From: a virus
DNA: 46,812 bases
Virus record (IMG/VR): IMGVR_UViG_3300045988_105766
Reading direction: 5' to 3' (one strand)
The position numbers and the translations under genes are program-made. Under the pieces are notes generated by a model. That model worked only from the letters and a program-made list of their open reading frames with translations, was not told the origin of the DNA and did not search any database. Below are positions 17,390 through 26,567 of the stretch, in pieces. The first letter of the stretch is position 1; each line of letters starts with the position of its first letter.

Positions 17390-18547
17390 TTATTTTGTCT
17401 GCGGATACATCTGGTCGATAATATCGCCGAATGGGTCGTTATCTTCTCCCTGTCCGCCATTGTTAGAAGTTGGGGTTACGTCTTTTACTCCCGATTTATC
17501 TACATCATCCTCACGGTCGTTTAAAAACGCCTGCCCTGTCTTTTTCTGTGCTGCTACAATCTGCATTGCAAACGCTTCCGCACTTACAGGCTCTTCATAT
17601 TTTGCTTTTTTTGCCAAATCCTCAAATCCCGGCAATGTGATTTCATCAATCGCCTTATTTCTTGCCCTTTCTGCTTCTACTGCTGCCTGTGTGTCCGCTC
17701 CGGCGTTGTCTTTTGCTCCTGCCAAAATCTCGGTTTTATACGCATTGGCTACGTCCGGGTGGTTCTTTTTAAACTCTTCCAATGTCATGTTATTGCCCTC
17801 CTTGTTTTTTCCATTGGTTTTATAGTTATTATTATGGCTATTGGCGTAGCCTAATAATCCTTTTGGTATCGTGCTGAATCTCTCCAAGCCGATAGGTACG
17901 GAATTTACAATTACTTTTTCCGCATTTTCTACCTCTGTATCCACATCTGTAAACATTACAGCGGTACAAAAGCCTGCTTCTACTGCTTCCTCGCCTGTGA
18001 ACCATTCGCCCTCATTTGTCATAAGGCTTTTTATCTCTTCCTCCGACTTGTCCGTAACGGTCATATAGCAATTAACAATAGATTGTTTGATTGTTTCCAA
18101 TTCCTTAACGATATTTTCCAAATCTGTTGTATTGTAGTATCCAATCAATCCGGCTAATGGGTCGTGTATCATAAATACACCGCCTACAGATATTTCTATG
18201 GTATCGCCCGCCATAGCAATAATAGTTGCTGCACTTGCACACCAACCGTCAATTTTTACCGATATTTTCGCCTTATGCTCTTTTAATCGGGTATATATTG
18301 CTACTGCTGCAAATACATCCCCTCCGCCCGAATTGATACGCACGGTTATTTCATCTACCGTCCCCAAGTCTTTTAACTCTTGGTTAAATACGCTTGGTGT
18401 GATTTCATCCCCATACCACGAATACTCGGAGATTTCGCCGTACAATAGCATTTCTGCCGTGTTTCTCTCTTCGTCCGGCACAAAGTTCCAAAACCTTTGT
18501 ACTTCGTTCTTATTCCTCGGTTTCTTCCTCTGTCTGCCCTCCGTCAT
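17390..18547 (-). CDS. ClpP-type prohead protease with scaffold-like C-terminal half
   Basis: INSGGGDVFAAVAIY...GWCASAATIIAMAGD protease core. Start uncertain (ATG 18547 chosen; track gives 18622). Confidence 0.8.
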   Translation of the reverse strand: MTEGRQRKKPRNKNEVQRFWNFVPDEERNTAEMLLYGEISEYSWYGDEITPSVFNQELKDLGTVDEITVRINSGGGDVFAAVAIYTRLKEHKAKISVKIDGWCASAATIIAMAGDTIEISVGGVFMIHDPLAGLIGYYNTTDLENIVKELETIKQSIVNCYMTVTDKSEEEIKSLMTNEGEWFTGEEAVEAGFCTAVMFTDVDTEVENAEKVIVNSVPIGLERFSTIPKGLLGYANSHNNNYKTNGKNKEGNNMTLEEFKKNHPDVANAYKTEILAGAKDNAGADTQAAVEAERARNKAIDEITLPGFEDLAKKAKYEEPVSAEAFAMQIVAAQKKTGQAFLNDREDDVDKSGVKDVTPTSNNGGQGEDNDPFGDIIDQMYPQTK

Positions 18548-20135
18548 TGTCGGGGTTGTTTTCTGTGTCTGATTCCTCACGTCCGTTAATATTCTCAACG
18601 GTTTGTGTGTCTGTCTTTGCACCTCCTGTTACCTCCTTTAACAATTCCTCTTCACGCTTTCGCTGTTTGATATTTTTGTAAAAGTCCGTGCCTGTAAGTT
18701 CCCTTGCTTCTCTTTCCCTTGTGGAATAGCCACCTTGTACCCTTTTCTCGGCAGCTTCAACCTCTTTTGTCGGGTCAAGCTGTCCGGCACTCGGTCCCGT
18801 CCACTCCGCCGAACAATAGGCATCTTTTATAATCGGGTCTGTAAAAAATCCGGGTGCTTTTATTCTTCCTTTTGCTACCGCTTCGCTTAACCATTCTTCA
18901 TAGATTGGTTGGCAAAAATCAGCTACAAACCACGCCCGATACATCTTTACAACCTTGAAAAATTCAAGAATTGCGGCCCTTGATGCGGAATAGTTACTTG
19001 AAAAAGCCATAATCAGTATTTCGTATGGAATTTCCAAGGCTGCCCCTATCTGCTTTAGTACCGCAATTACAAACGGGTCAAAGTTTGGGTTTGGTCTGCC
19101 CGGGTTTACCATATTGGCTTTTTCTCCCTCTCCAAGGTCGATTACTGCCCCGGGTGCAAGCTCAATACTGTTTTCGTCCTCTTGGTCTACCTGCATCTCT
19201 TCCGGGATGCTTTCCCCAAACGGCACATCATCACTTGCACTTTCTTTTTCAATGAACACGGTAAACAATCCGTTAATGACTGCTGCCAATACTTCCGCTT
19301 CGGTGTATCGTCCTAACTGCTTTATTGTGTCAATTACGGGTGCTAAAAAGGGAACTCCTCGGACTTGTCCGATTCGCTCCCTGTTCATAATGTGTAATAT
19401 ATTTCTTCGTCCTGTTTTCTCTCCGTATGCAAGTACCCTTACCCACTCTCTCGGTTCTCTATCTGCAAACGATAGCGGATGAAACTTTGATACATAGTAG
19501 GCAACAACCTCTCCTGCTTTGTTCTTTTCCACACCCTCACAAAACAGAGGGTTTACCCTTTCGTTATCCGGGGTGCTTACCCTGTCTGCTTCAAGGGTTT
19601 GTATTCTAAGGTCGTAAACGCTCCCTACTCTCTTGGTTGTTGTCATTAGTGCGAATGAATCGCCACTAAGCAACGCATTTAAAAATGCTAACTGCTGCAA
19701 CTGATAAAAGTTGTCTATCCTTTCAAGGTCACAATTCGTAGAATCCGCCCAATGTGCAAATTCTCTTTCTATCGTTTCCTCTAACTCCCTTGCTTCCTCC
19801 GGCTCAATCTTTAATACTTCCTCATTGATTGATGCTTTTAGGTGTAACCCAATTCCTATAGTATTGGTTCTAAGCCTTTTTATTGCCCCTGTGGCAACAT
19901 TTGAGCCACCATAGAACAAATCCCTAGACCTCTGCCTTAAAGGGTCTATATTGTCCTCTACATCCTCCCTGTGGCTACCTCCGCCGTGCGTCCAACCTAT
20001 AAGACTTTTCTTTGTGGCACTTGCACCGTAGTTTCCGTAACCGCTGTTAATCATACTAAGGCGTTTTTTTGCCACTTCTCGCTTTAATGCCCTTTCCGGG
20101 GATATTGCTTTTATGGCTTTATCAATAAAATTCAA
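18510..20135 (-). CDS. portal protein (lambda family-like)
   Basis: 541 aa with an acidic C-terminus, between the terminase/gpW genes and the protease. Confidence 0.85.
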   Translation of the reverse strand: MNFIDKAIKAISPERALKREVAKKRLSMINSGYGNYGASATKKSLIGWTHGGGSHREDVEDNIDPLRQRSRDLFYGGSNVATGAIKRLRTNTIGIGLHLKASINEEVLKIEPEEARELEETIEREFAHWADSTNCDLERIDNFYQLQQLAFLNALLSGDSFALMTTTKRVGSVYDLRIQTLEADRVSTPDNERVNPLFCEGVEKNKAGEVVAYYVSKFHPLSFADREPREWVRVLAYGEKTGRRNILHIMNRERIGQVRGVPFLAPVIDTIKQLGRYTEAEVLAAVINGLFTVFIEKESASDDVPFGESIPEEMQVDQEDENSIELAPGAVIDLGEGEKANMVNPGRPNPNFDPFVIAVLKQIGAALEIPYEILIMAFSSNYSASRAAILEFFKVVKMYRAWFVADFCQPIYEEWLSEAVAKGRIKAPGFFTDPIIKDAYCSAEWTGPSAGQLDPTKEVEAAEKRVQGGYSTREREARELTGTDFYKNIKQRKREEELLKEVTGGAKTDTQTVENINGREESDTENNPDNDGGQTEEETEE

Positions 20136-20167
20136 GGCTCAACCTCCTTTCTCCGTATTTTGAGTAC

Positions 20168-20207
20168 AAAAAAAGCACCTTGGGTACTTCTATATCTCCT
20201 TGGTGCT
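20168..20207 (-). terminator. hairpin plus U7 immediately downstream of late-promoter-like element 2
   Basis: AGCACC..GG / CC..GGTGCT stem (6 bp + 2x2 internal loop + 2 bp) at 20174-20207, followed on the minus strand by 7 U (plus-strand A7 at 20168-20174). Confidence 0.5.
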
Positions 20208-20219
20208 TTGCTATTTTAT

Positions 20220-20254
20220 ATATTATCACAAAAAATCGGGCAATGGCGGGCAAT
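20220..20254 (-). promoter_or_regulatory. late-promoter-like element 2: tandem ATTGCCCG x2 plus -10 box
   Basis: Minus strand reads ATTGCCCGccATTGCCCG-11 nt-TAATAT (with TGtGATAAT). It shares 26 of 27 nt with the element at 24058-24092. Lies upstream of the portal gene. Confidence 0.55.
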
Positions 20255-20305
20255 CTTTTATTTTCCTGTTTTGCTTGTATTTCCGCCCTTTTCGGCTGTT
20301 TTTGC

Positions 20306-20542
20306 CTATAAATCTCTCGGTACAATCCTGTATACCCTGTTTCTGCCCTTTTTCTTTGCTAAATTCTCCAATTCCGCCACTTTATTACTCCAATATTCTA
20401 TCTGTTTGCGGATTTCTGCCAAATTTGCCCTTGTAAAGGACTTTCCGCCTATTGTGTATGATTGGTTTATTGCTACCTCGCTTTCCGCTTCCAACCACAT
20501 TTCTAAGTGTTTTTTTGCGACTTCAAGTGTTATTGCTGCCAT
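20306..20542 (-). CDS. head-tail joining protein, lambda gpW-like
   Basis: 78 aa directly after the large terminase, as in lambda. Confidence 0.65.
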   Translation of the reverse strand: MAAITLEVAKKHLEMWLEAESEVAINQSYTIGGKSFTRANLAEIRKQIEYWSNKVAELENLAKKKGRNRVYRIVPRDL

Positions 20543-22386
20543 TATGCTATACCTCCGCTTCTATTTCCTCTACGTCTTGTTTGTTTTCGTGTTACCTGCA
20601 CCTCTGTTTTTTTCTTCGGTGGCTCTTTTAGGGTTAATCCTGTAATTTCTATTGCTGCCTGTGCGTAGTTTCTGCAATCTAAAGGCTCATTTCGTTTTGT
20701 TTCTCCTGTAAGTTCCCATACAAAATACGGTCTGCCTTTTTTGTATTTTAATACCTGTTTCTCTGCCGTAAGACCTTTAAAATAATCCTCGTCATATCCT
20801 CGGATATATTCGTTTTCGTCTTTCGGGAAATGGCAGTATCCGGGGCCCTCTTCCTCAATCTGTAACCTCTGCAACAAAAGGGATTTACCTGTATCAACTC
20901 CAAGGGTAAATAAATATGCCTGCTCCCTGTTGTTTTTTGTCGGCTTTGATATGTATGGTCTTGCTGTACCCTCATTACCTCCCTTTATTGCAAATATCTT
21001 TCTTGCAGTTCTCGCCTTGCAGAATCTATATACCTTATTGGTAAAATGTCCGCCCGAATCCATACAGGCACATGATATTCTCATTGCCGTACCGTCTGCT
21101 TTTTTAAATGTCTGCTTTAAAAAATCGTCAAGGTTCTTCCATACTTCCGATTGTTTCAAATCTCCGTATATTCTCTTGTAGATTATGCCGTAGCTTTCGT
21201 GTTCCACGCCCCAACCTACTACCTCGACCTCAAAGCGGTCATCCTGTGTATCTATTCCTGCCGTGATTGCTATAACTTCGTCCGGCACTTCGCAACGGTA
21301 TCTTTCCCTACGCTTCAACAGGTCATCTTTACTTGCTTTCTCGCCCTGTTCCTCCCAAGTCTGCCCCAATTCGGTATTAACCCAAGATTTCATAAGTTCG
21401 ATATTGCCTTTTTTTAATGCCTGGTCCGCTTCGATAAAGCCTTTTACAATCTTATCCCAACCAAAAAAAGTAGATGCCAAGGAATTAAAGTGGAATCCTC
21501 GCACTTTACGGTTTGGATATTTTGCCACATACCGCCCCTCATTAAAATGCTCTTTCCACTCAACTTCTGTATGTACTACTCCGCATTTCGCACATACATA
21601 GGTTGTACTTTCTATTTCCCCGTCTGCATCCACTTTATAGATTAAATTACTCCATTCCAACGGTTGTAATTCTCCGCAACTCGGGCAAGGCACATTCCAT
21701 TCTTCCATAGTTGAATGTTCGTACTCCATTTCTATACGGCTTGCCCCTTTTATCGTTGGCGTGCTTGTGTCTACCTCTTTTCGATTCCAATATGTTGTAA
21801 GTCGTTTCCCTGCAAGTATCAGAGGGTCCCCCTCCGCTCCTGCTGTTGGTGGGTAAGCGTCTATCTCGTCCGCTAATAATATACGGATTGGTCGGCTTCG
21901 TAACTCTGTTGGAGAGTTTGCACCTGTCATTGTGATACGTCCGCCCGGAAACGCTTTTTTAAAGATTGTGTTTCCTGCGGTTCGGCTTTTCTCATTTATC
22001 TTATCCCTTAATGCCGGGGTATCTCGTACCATTGGCATAAGCCTATCTTTGCTCATTGTTTCCGCAAGGGATAAGGTCGGCTGCATACACAATATGGTGC
22101 ATGGGTCATAGTGCATATAATAGCCTATTGTATTAAGCAAAAAAGCATCCGTTTTTCCCATTTGTGCAGCACTCATAACTACAACTTTTTCAACAGATAT
22201 ATCCGTTATTGCATCCATAATTTCCCGCTGCCAAGGTGCTTTTTCTGTATTCCACTTACCGCCTTTGCTACCCGATTCAGAGGACAAACGGCGGTATCTG
22301 TCCGCCCATTGTGATAATGTCAAGTCGGGCGGTGGCTCTAAGACCTTAAATATTCTGTTGAAAAGGTCAATCGTTTCCCTCTTCAT
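20542..22386 (-). CDS. terminase large subunit, lambda GpA-like
   Basis: 614 aa with VVVMSAAQMGKT (Walker A-like) and ILLADEIDAYP motifs. Confidence 0.9.
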   Translation of the reverse strand: MKRETIDLFNRIFKVLEPPPDLTLSQWADRYRRLSSESGSKGGKWNTEKAPWQREIMDAITDISVEKVVVMSAAQMGKTDAFLLNTIGYYMHYDPCTILCMQPTLSLAETMSKDRLMPMVRDTPALRDKINEKSRTAGNTIFKKAFPGGRITMTGANSPTELRSRPIRILLADEIDAYPPTAGAEGDPLILAGKRLTTYWNRKEVDTSTPTIKGASRIEMEYEHSTMEEWNVPCPSCGELQPLEWSNLIYKVDADGEIESTTYVCAKCGVVHTEVEWKEHFNEGRYVAKYPNRKVRGFHFNSLASTFFGWDKIVKGFIEADQALKKGNIELMKSWVNTELGQTWEEQGEKASKDDLLKRRERYRCEVPDEVIAITAGIDTQDDRFEVEVVGWGVEHESYGIIYKRIYGDLKQSEVWKNLDDFLKQTFKKADGTAMRISCACMDSGGHFTNKVYRFCKARTARKIFAIKGGNEGTARPYISKPTKNNREQAYLFTLGVDTGKSLLLQRLQIEEEGPGYCHFPKDENEYIRGYDEDYFKGLTAEKQVLKYKKGRPYFVWELTGETKRNEPLDCRNYAQAAIEITGLTLKEPPKKKTEVQVTRKQTRRRGNRSGGIA

Positions 22387-22858
22387 CTTTTATTTCCTCC
22401 TTAAACATACCCTCAAAATCGGATAACTCGTTAAGTGCTTCTTTTATTTTGTCATTCAGATATAGAAAAATCTTTGCTTTGTCCGTCATTGCTGCCAACT
22501 TGTCCGCTTCCTCTGCCGGAATGGCACTTAATCGGCTCTTAAAATTGATTAACATAGCTGTCATTACTTTTTCTATGTCCTCCGACCTATGCAATTCGCC
22601 TTTCTTTACCGCAAGGTCTAACTCTTCATTAAGCCTTTTGGTTTTGGTTAGCTTTGCTCTTTCCTCGTTGAGGTCTACCGCTTCCTGTGATTCCGGGTTA
22701 CGGTCCCTCAAATATTTTATGTACGCCCTATTGGTTTCCGCCAAGGCGTACAGGTTTCCTTGCTTCGTCTGCAAAATTCCTTTCTGTGTCAACCTCTCCA
22801 CATTTTTAGGGGTCATATCTAAGAATTTTGCGACCGCATTTTTATCATAGAGTTTCAA
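22367..22858 (-). CDS. terminase small subunit, Nu1-like (N-terminal winged HTH)
   Basis: 163 aa that overlaps the TerL start, with an N-terminal MerR-like HTH. Confidence 0.7.
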   Translation of the reverse strand: MKLYDKNAVAKFLDMTPKNVERLTQKGILQTKQGNLYALAETNRAYIKYLRDRNPESQEAVDLNEERAKLTKTKRLNEELDLAVKKGELHRSEDIEKVMTAMLINFKSRLSAIPAEEADKLAAMTDKAKIFLYLNDKIKEALNELSDFEGMFKEEIKDEEGND

Positions 22859-22991
22859 AATCCTACCCCCTTAAAAAATTTTGCGGATTTTTGGAAGTCG
22901 TTTTTTCGACCTTGAATCTAGGAAGCGTTTGGGGTCACGGCACCCTCATGCCGTTCAGACGGCTTACAGTACCTACGCACCCTCGCCGTCC

Positions 22992-23110
22992 GTGGCGTGT
23001 GCCTGTGTCCGCCTGTGGTGCTGTGTGTGGTGTGTGCCTGCCTGTGCGTGCGTGTGTGAGCGTGTGGCGGTGCGTGGCGTGGCTACTGCTGCCGTGTGCC
23101 TGTGCCTATA
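22992..23110. repeat. A-depleted GT-rich tract with three GTGTGCCTG copies (putative cosB-like terminase-binding region)
   Basis: About 119 nt with about 4 A on the plus strand. GTGTGCCTG starts at 22997, 23032 and 23094. Flanked by an 11-nt direct repeat CCTCGCCGTCC (22981-22991 and 23111-23121). Confidence 0.45.
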
Positions 23111-23906
23111 CCTCGCCGTCCTCGCTGTCCTCTGTGTAGCTATCGTCTATCTCTCCTGTATCGGGGTCTACATCATACTCCCCGCTTATCTTCTGCTTCA
23201 TCAATGCGTACCGCTTCTCTTCCAATGTGATACGGCGTTGCTCTAACTCATAGGACTTTATAGTATCCAATAGCTTTATGATTCTGCCGTGTACTTTATT
23301 AAGCTGGTCCTCTAACTTCATTGCTCTTTCAAAGGCAGATGATTTAATAGTTGTTTCCATAGCCACACTTAGAGCCGGTCCCTGTGGTGTATCCTTGCCG
23401 TCCTCATTGTATGCACCGTATGGGTCTGCATCCTCTCCCTCTTTTCCGGGCGTACGCATTTCTACAACCTTGTCTGTGTATAGGTTGCCTGTGGTGTCTG
23501 TGTTTAATTCTTTTATCCTTTTTTCCAAATCTTTTTCTTTGGCTATAAGGCTTTGTAATTCTCTTAATGTATTTTCCCCTGTATCAAGGGTAACTGATTC
23601 TATCAAGGCTTTTTCATCCTCTGATAATTCATCAAAATACACCTTAGAATATGCCCCGTGTGTTTCTGCGTTTTTATTTCTCACAGGGGCCCCGTGACCC
23701 TTGGCGTTTTTATTGCCTTTTTGTCCGCCCCTCTTTTTTGGTTTATTTTCAAGTGCATCATTCCACTTATCTACGCACTTCCATTTTCGTACCTTTGCCG
23801 AATCAATCCCCAAGGCTTCCGCAATTTCTGTATTCTTCATTAAGCCGTCTGAATCTAAAAAAAGTTGCTTCGCCTTTTCCCTGTTTTCGTCTTTCTGTCT
23901 TGCCAA
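23106..23906 (-). CDS. YjcR-like HTH protein (terminase-small-subunit-like)
   Basis: TTG start at 23906 with AGGAGG 7 nt upstream. N-terminus MARQKDENREKAKQLF..IAEALGI..KVRKWK, plus a GNKNAKGHGAP repeat region. Confidence 0.6.
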   Translation of the reverse strand: MARQKDENREKAKQLFLDSDGLMKNTEIAEALGIDSAKVRKWKCVDKWNDALENKPKKRGGQKGNKNAKGHGAPVRNKNAETHGAYSKVYFDELSEDEKALIESVTLDTGENTLRELQSLIAKEKDLEKRIKELNTDTTGNLYTDKVVEMRTPGKEGEDADPYGAYNEDGKDTPQGPALSVAMETTIKSSAFERAMKLEDQLNKVHGRIIKLLDTIKSYELEQRRITLEEKRYALMKQKISGEYDVDPDTGEIDDSYTEDSEDGEV

Positions 23907-24003
23907 GTCAAAACCTCCTTTCGTTTGTTTTCCCGGTTTTCGGCTTTCCGTTCTTTCGGAATCTTCGCATTTTTGCAAATTCAAATTTTTATAACACGAA
24001 AAG

Positions 24004-24034
24004 GCAACAGGATTTAACAATAAAATCCTGCTGC
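24004..24034 (-). terminator. leader hairpin plus U-rich tract downstream of late-promoter-like element 1
   Basis: 12-bp stem (one G-U pair) with a 7-nt loop, followed on the minus strand by CUUUUCGUGUU. Lies between the -10 box (24058-24063) and the gene start at 23906. Confidence 0.5.
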
Positions 24035-24057
24035 CCTGCTTCGCTTTTCATCTTAGT

Positions 24058-24092
24058 ATTATACTACATAAAATCGGGCAATAGCGGGCAAT
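24058..24092 (-). promoter_or_regulatory. late-promoter-like element 1: tandem ATTGCCCG x2 plus TATAAT
   Basis: Minus strand reads ATTGCCCGctATTGCCCG-11 nt-TATAAT. Lies just downstream of the sigma-like regulator gene and upstream of the packaging genes. Confidence 0.55.
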
Positions 24093-24094
24093 CT

Positions 24095-24574
24095 TTAATG
24101 CAAAACCTCTTTTAAAATTTTGCTTCGTGATACATTTCTATTCCTTGCTAATTTTCCGCCTAAGACCTCTAAGGCAACGCACCTTATATTTTTACTCTGC
24201 CGGACAGAATAACTAATCTGTTCCGCTATGCGTTCCCATTTTTGACCCTGTAAGTAAAATCCGCATATAATAGCTTTGTGAATCGGAGTTAAGGAATAAA
24301 TCTCTTTTGATATTTCCGTTCTCAATTTCTTTAACTCCTGTATTCTGTCCTTTAATTCCTTAATTCTTTCTGCGGTATCTGTACCTGCTATTTCGATTGC
24401 AAGCAGAGCCGTAGAATCGCTTGTATTACTTCCGTGTGGCATACCGTCATAGTTAATTGCCCCTGTGGTATCATACACGCTTTCGTACCGCTCTAGCCAC
24501 TCGCCTGTAACCTTAATATCAAGGTCAATATCTTTGTAAAATTTTAAGATTGCTTCTACTTCCCAATTCTTCAT
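24095..24574 (-). CDS. putative late-gene transcriptional regulator (sigma-70 region-4-like HTH; ArpU/RinA/DUF1492-type position)
   Basis: 159 aa with a C-terminal HTH (WERIAEQISYSVRQSKNIRCVAL). It is the last gene before the packaging module. Confidence 0.6.
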   Translation of the reverse strand: MKNWEVEAILKFYKDIDLDIKVTGEWLERYESVYDTTGAINYDGMPHGSNTSDSTALLAIEIAGTDTAERIKELKDRIQELKKLRTEISKEIYSLTPIHKAIICGFYLQGQKWERIAEQISYSVRQSKNIRCVALEVLGGKLARNRNVSRSKILKEVLH

Positions 24575-24592
24575 TTTATGCTATCCTTTCTT

Positions 24593-24937
24593 TTATGGTG
24601 GTCTGTATTTTTCACACCATTTGATACTTGCTTTTCCTGTAGCTTCGATTTCTGCTATACAACTGCTGCCGTGCTTCGTCCTCTTGGCTTCGCAAGATTC
24701 GCAAATATCCGATTCTGCTATATCAAAAATATCTTTTAACCTCTCTGCAAGGTCTTTTATTTTCTCCATAAGCAAATCAAAGGATTGCATGAATTGATTT
24801 ATTAAATCGCACGTTTCTTTTTCTGTTTTTCCAATTTGTGCAGACGGGCAGGCAACCAATATAGATGATTGATTGCTTGCCTTTTCTTCTCCGCACCAAA
24901 TAACGCCCTCCTTGTATTCGATACGGTCCATACGCAC
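24593..24937 (-). CDS. hypothetical Cys-containing protein
   Basis: 114-aa ORF. Confidence 0.5.
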   Translation of the reverse strand: MRMDRIEYKEGVIWCGEEKASNQSSILVACPSAQIGKTEKETCDLINQFMQSFDLLMEKIKDLAERLKDIFDIAESDICESCEAKRTKHGSSCIAEIEATGKASIKWCEKYRPP

Positions 24938-24940
24938 CGC

Positions 24941-26392
24941 CTAACCCTGTAAGTATTTCTGATACTCTACCGTTTTACCCATTACCCATACAGATAAGGC
25001 GTTGGTTAATCTACTTTCCCATTCTGCCGGGCAGATATTTCCGTTTTCGGATTCTGTCATAATAACTTTTCTTACCTCTTTCTGTATCATGTTATATTGA
25101 CCTGTTCCGTATTTTTTACTTATCCATTCCGTAAAGGATAATCCCTTTTCCTGTGGTTCGGGTACATATTCCGGGTAATCGCTCATATCCTGTTGCCCCG
25201 GTAAGTTGTCGTTTTCCGCTTCGTCCTCCTGTGTTTTCTCCGGCTCATTCATAAAACTGCTTTCCTGTGTTTCCTCGGCATCCTCTTCCTCTGTCGGTCC
25301 CTGTGGTGCTTCCTCTTCGGAATCATCATAGGTCAATTCTTCTGTTTCAATCATCAATGCAACGATTTCCGCAAGGTCGGCATATTCGATAATGTATGTA
25401 CTCCAATCCTCCTTAATCTGTATTGCCATTCCCTCCGTTTGGAATCTGTAGATAAATTCTTTTCCGTTGAGGTCTAAGGTCTTGGCTGTAAATGTCTTTG
25501 AAAAATGCTTAATCAATTCTTTTTCAACTGCTGCCACATTACCTTTAACCTTGAATATCGCACGGTTTACCTCTCCCTTTAATGCTTCCTTGATTGCTTT
25601 CTGTACCTGTTCCGCCTGTTCGTCTGTTATCTCCGGCTTTGGCTCTTCTTTCACGTCATTTATATGTAATTCGCCTTTTTCCTCGTATTTTTCGTAAGCC
25701 TGTTTCTGCCCCTCTTCATTAAGTCGGCTAAGTTCGTGGGCGGTAGAAATATTGATATTGCCTTTTTCCAATTCATTCTTAAACTCCTGTGATAAATTGT
25801 TTTCAATGGTTTCCATTCTTCCAATCTGCGTAGTTGATGTATTAAGCATTTGTGCCACAATATCACGGATACGCCCCATTTTCTTCCTTTCCGCTTTCGG
25901 CTTATCCTTGTTTTCTTCCTGCAAGGCTCTCTTGTACTCGGTAAGGATTTCTTTTAATTCCTTTGCCTGCTGCACCTTTTCCCAATCCGTAAGCTGTCTT
26001 GCCGTTGCATTGGTAAATATAAGGCTTAACTTGTCCTTGATTGTGTCGGATTCCTTTTTGATAAGGCACGGCACTTTTCTATATTCTTCTTTGCCCTCCT
26101 GTACCAACTTCAAGGCTGCAAGTCTACGGCGGTGTCCTGCGATTACCTCGTATTTTCCGTGCGCTTCCGGCTTTACTACTAAATTCTGCTCGATATGTCC
26201 GACCAACTCAATAGACATTGCTAATTCGTCTATATTCTCTGTGGAATAGAAATTATCCTTACTTGGCATTAAATCCTCTACATCAAGCATTGTGACCTTA
26301 AATTCCTGTTCCTGTTCTGCCGGTCCCTGTTCCTGTACTGCTGCCCCTTTGCTTTTCGCATTGAGTAAGTCGTTAATGTTAAATCCTGCCAT
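24941..26392 (-). CDS. ParB-like N-terminal (ParB/Srx) domain protein
   Basis: 483 aa with the GHRRRLAALKL motif, a central HTH-like region and an acidic linker. Confidence 0.8.
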   Translation of the reverse strand: MAGFNINDLLNAKSKGAAVQEQGPAEQEQEFKVTMLDVEDLMPSKDNFYSTENIDELAMSIELVGHIEQNLVVKPEAHGKYEVIAGHRRRLAALKLVQEGKEEYRKVPCLIKKESDTIKDKLSLIFTNATARQLTDWEKVQQAKELKEILTEYKRALQEENKDKPKAERKKMGRIRDIVAQMLNTSTTQIGRMETIENNLSQEFKNELEKGNINISTAHELSRLNEEGQKQAYEKYEEKGELHINDVKEEPKPEITDEQAEQVQKAIKEALKGEVNRAIFKVKGNVAAVEKELIKHFSKTFTAKTLDLNGKEFIYRFQTEGMAIQIKEDWSTYIIEYADLAEIVALMIETEELTYDDSEEEAPQGPTEEEDAEETQESSFMNEPEKTQEDEAENDNLPGQQDMSDYPEYVPEPQEKGLSFTEWISKKYGTGQYNMIQKEVRKVIMTESENGNICPAEWESRLTNALSVWVMGKTVEYQKYLQG

Positions 26393-26567
26393 TGCTCTTT
26401 CCTCCTATTCTCAAAATGCCTATACCTTTCCATTTTTCTGTGTCCGAATCGGTCACAATTTTTCTGATATTATCAAGCGTTTTTTCATTCTCTATGTATC
26501 TGATATAATCTCGCTTCGGAATCAATACCATTTCTTCCTTTTCCTCTGTGATAATTCCGCAATCCAC
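26379..26567 (-). CDS. hypothetical small protein (contains motif copy D)
   Basis: 62-aa ORF overlapping the parB-like start. Confidence 0.4.
   Translation of the reverse strand: MDCGIITEEKEEMVLIPKRDYIRYIENEKTLDNIRKIVTDSDTEKWKGIGILRIGGKSNGRI
26439..26457. repeat. 19-bp near-palindrome copy D (TGTGTCCGAATCGGTCACA)
   Basis: 47 nt upstream of the parB-like start, within the 62-aa ORF; reads VTDSDT. Confidence 0.8.

Noticed and set aside
19371-19387. Additional weak matches to the 19-bp motif: 19371-19387, 26041-26053, 27896-27912, 33603-33620, 34369-34381 and 37826-37840.
   Set aside because: They match only one half-site or a 7-9-nt core, which is near chance expectation for 47 kb on both strands. 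Several encode ESDT/TESE-like peptides, which is curious, but they are not counted as copies.
22828-23246. ORFs 22828-23139 and 22881-23246, which encode Cys/Val/Ala-rich peptides.
   Set aside because: They are translation artefacts of the GT-rich, A-depleted tract (few stop codons are possible). There is no SD, and they run against the otherwise uniform gene orientation.
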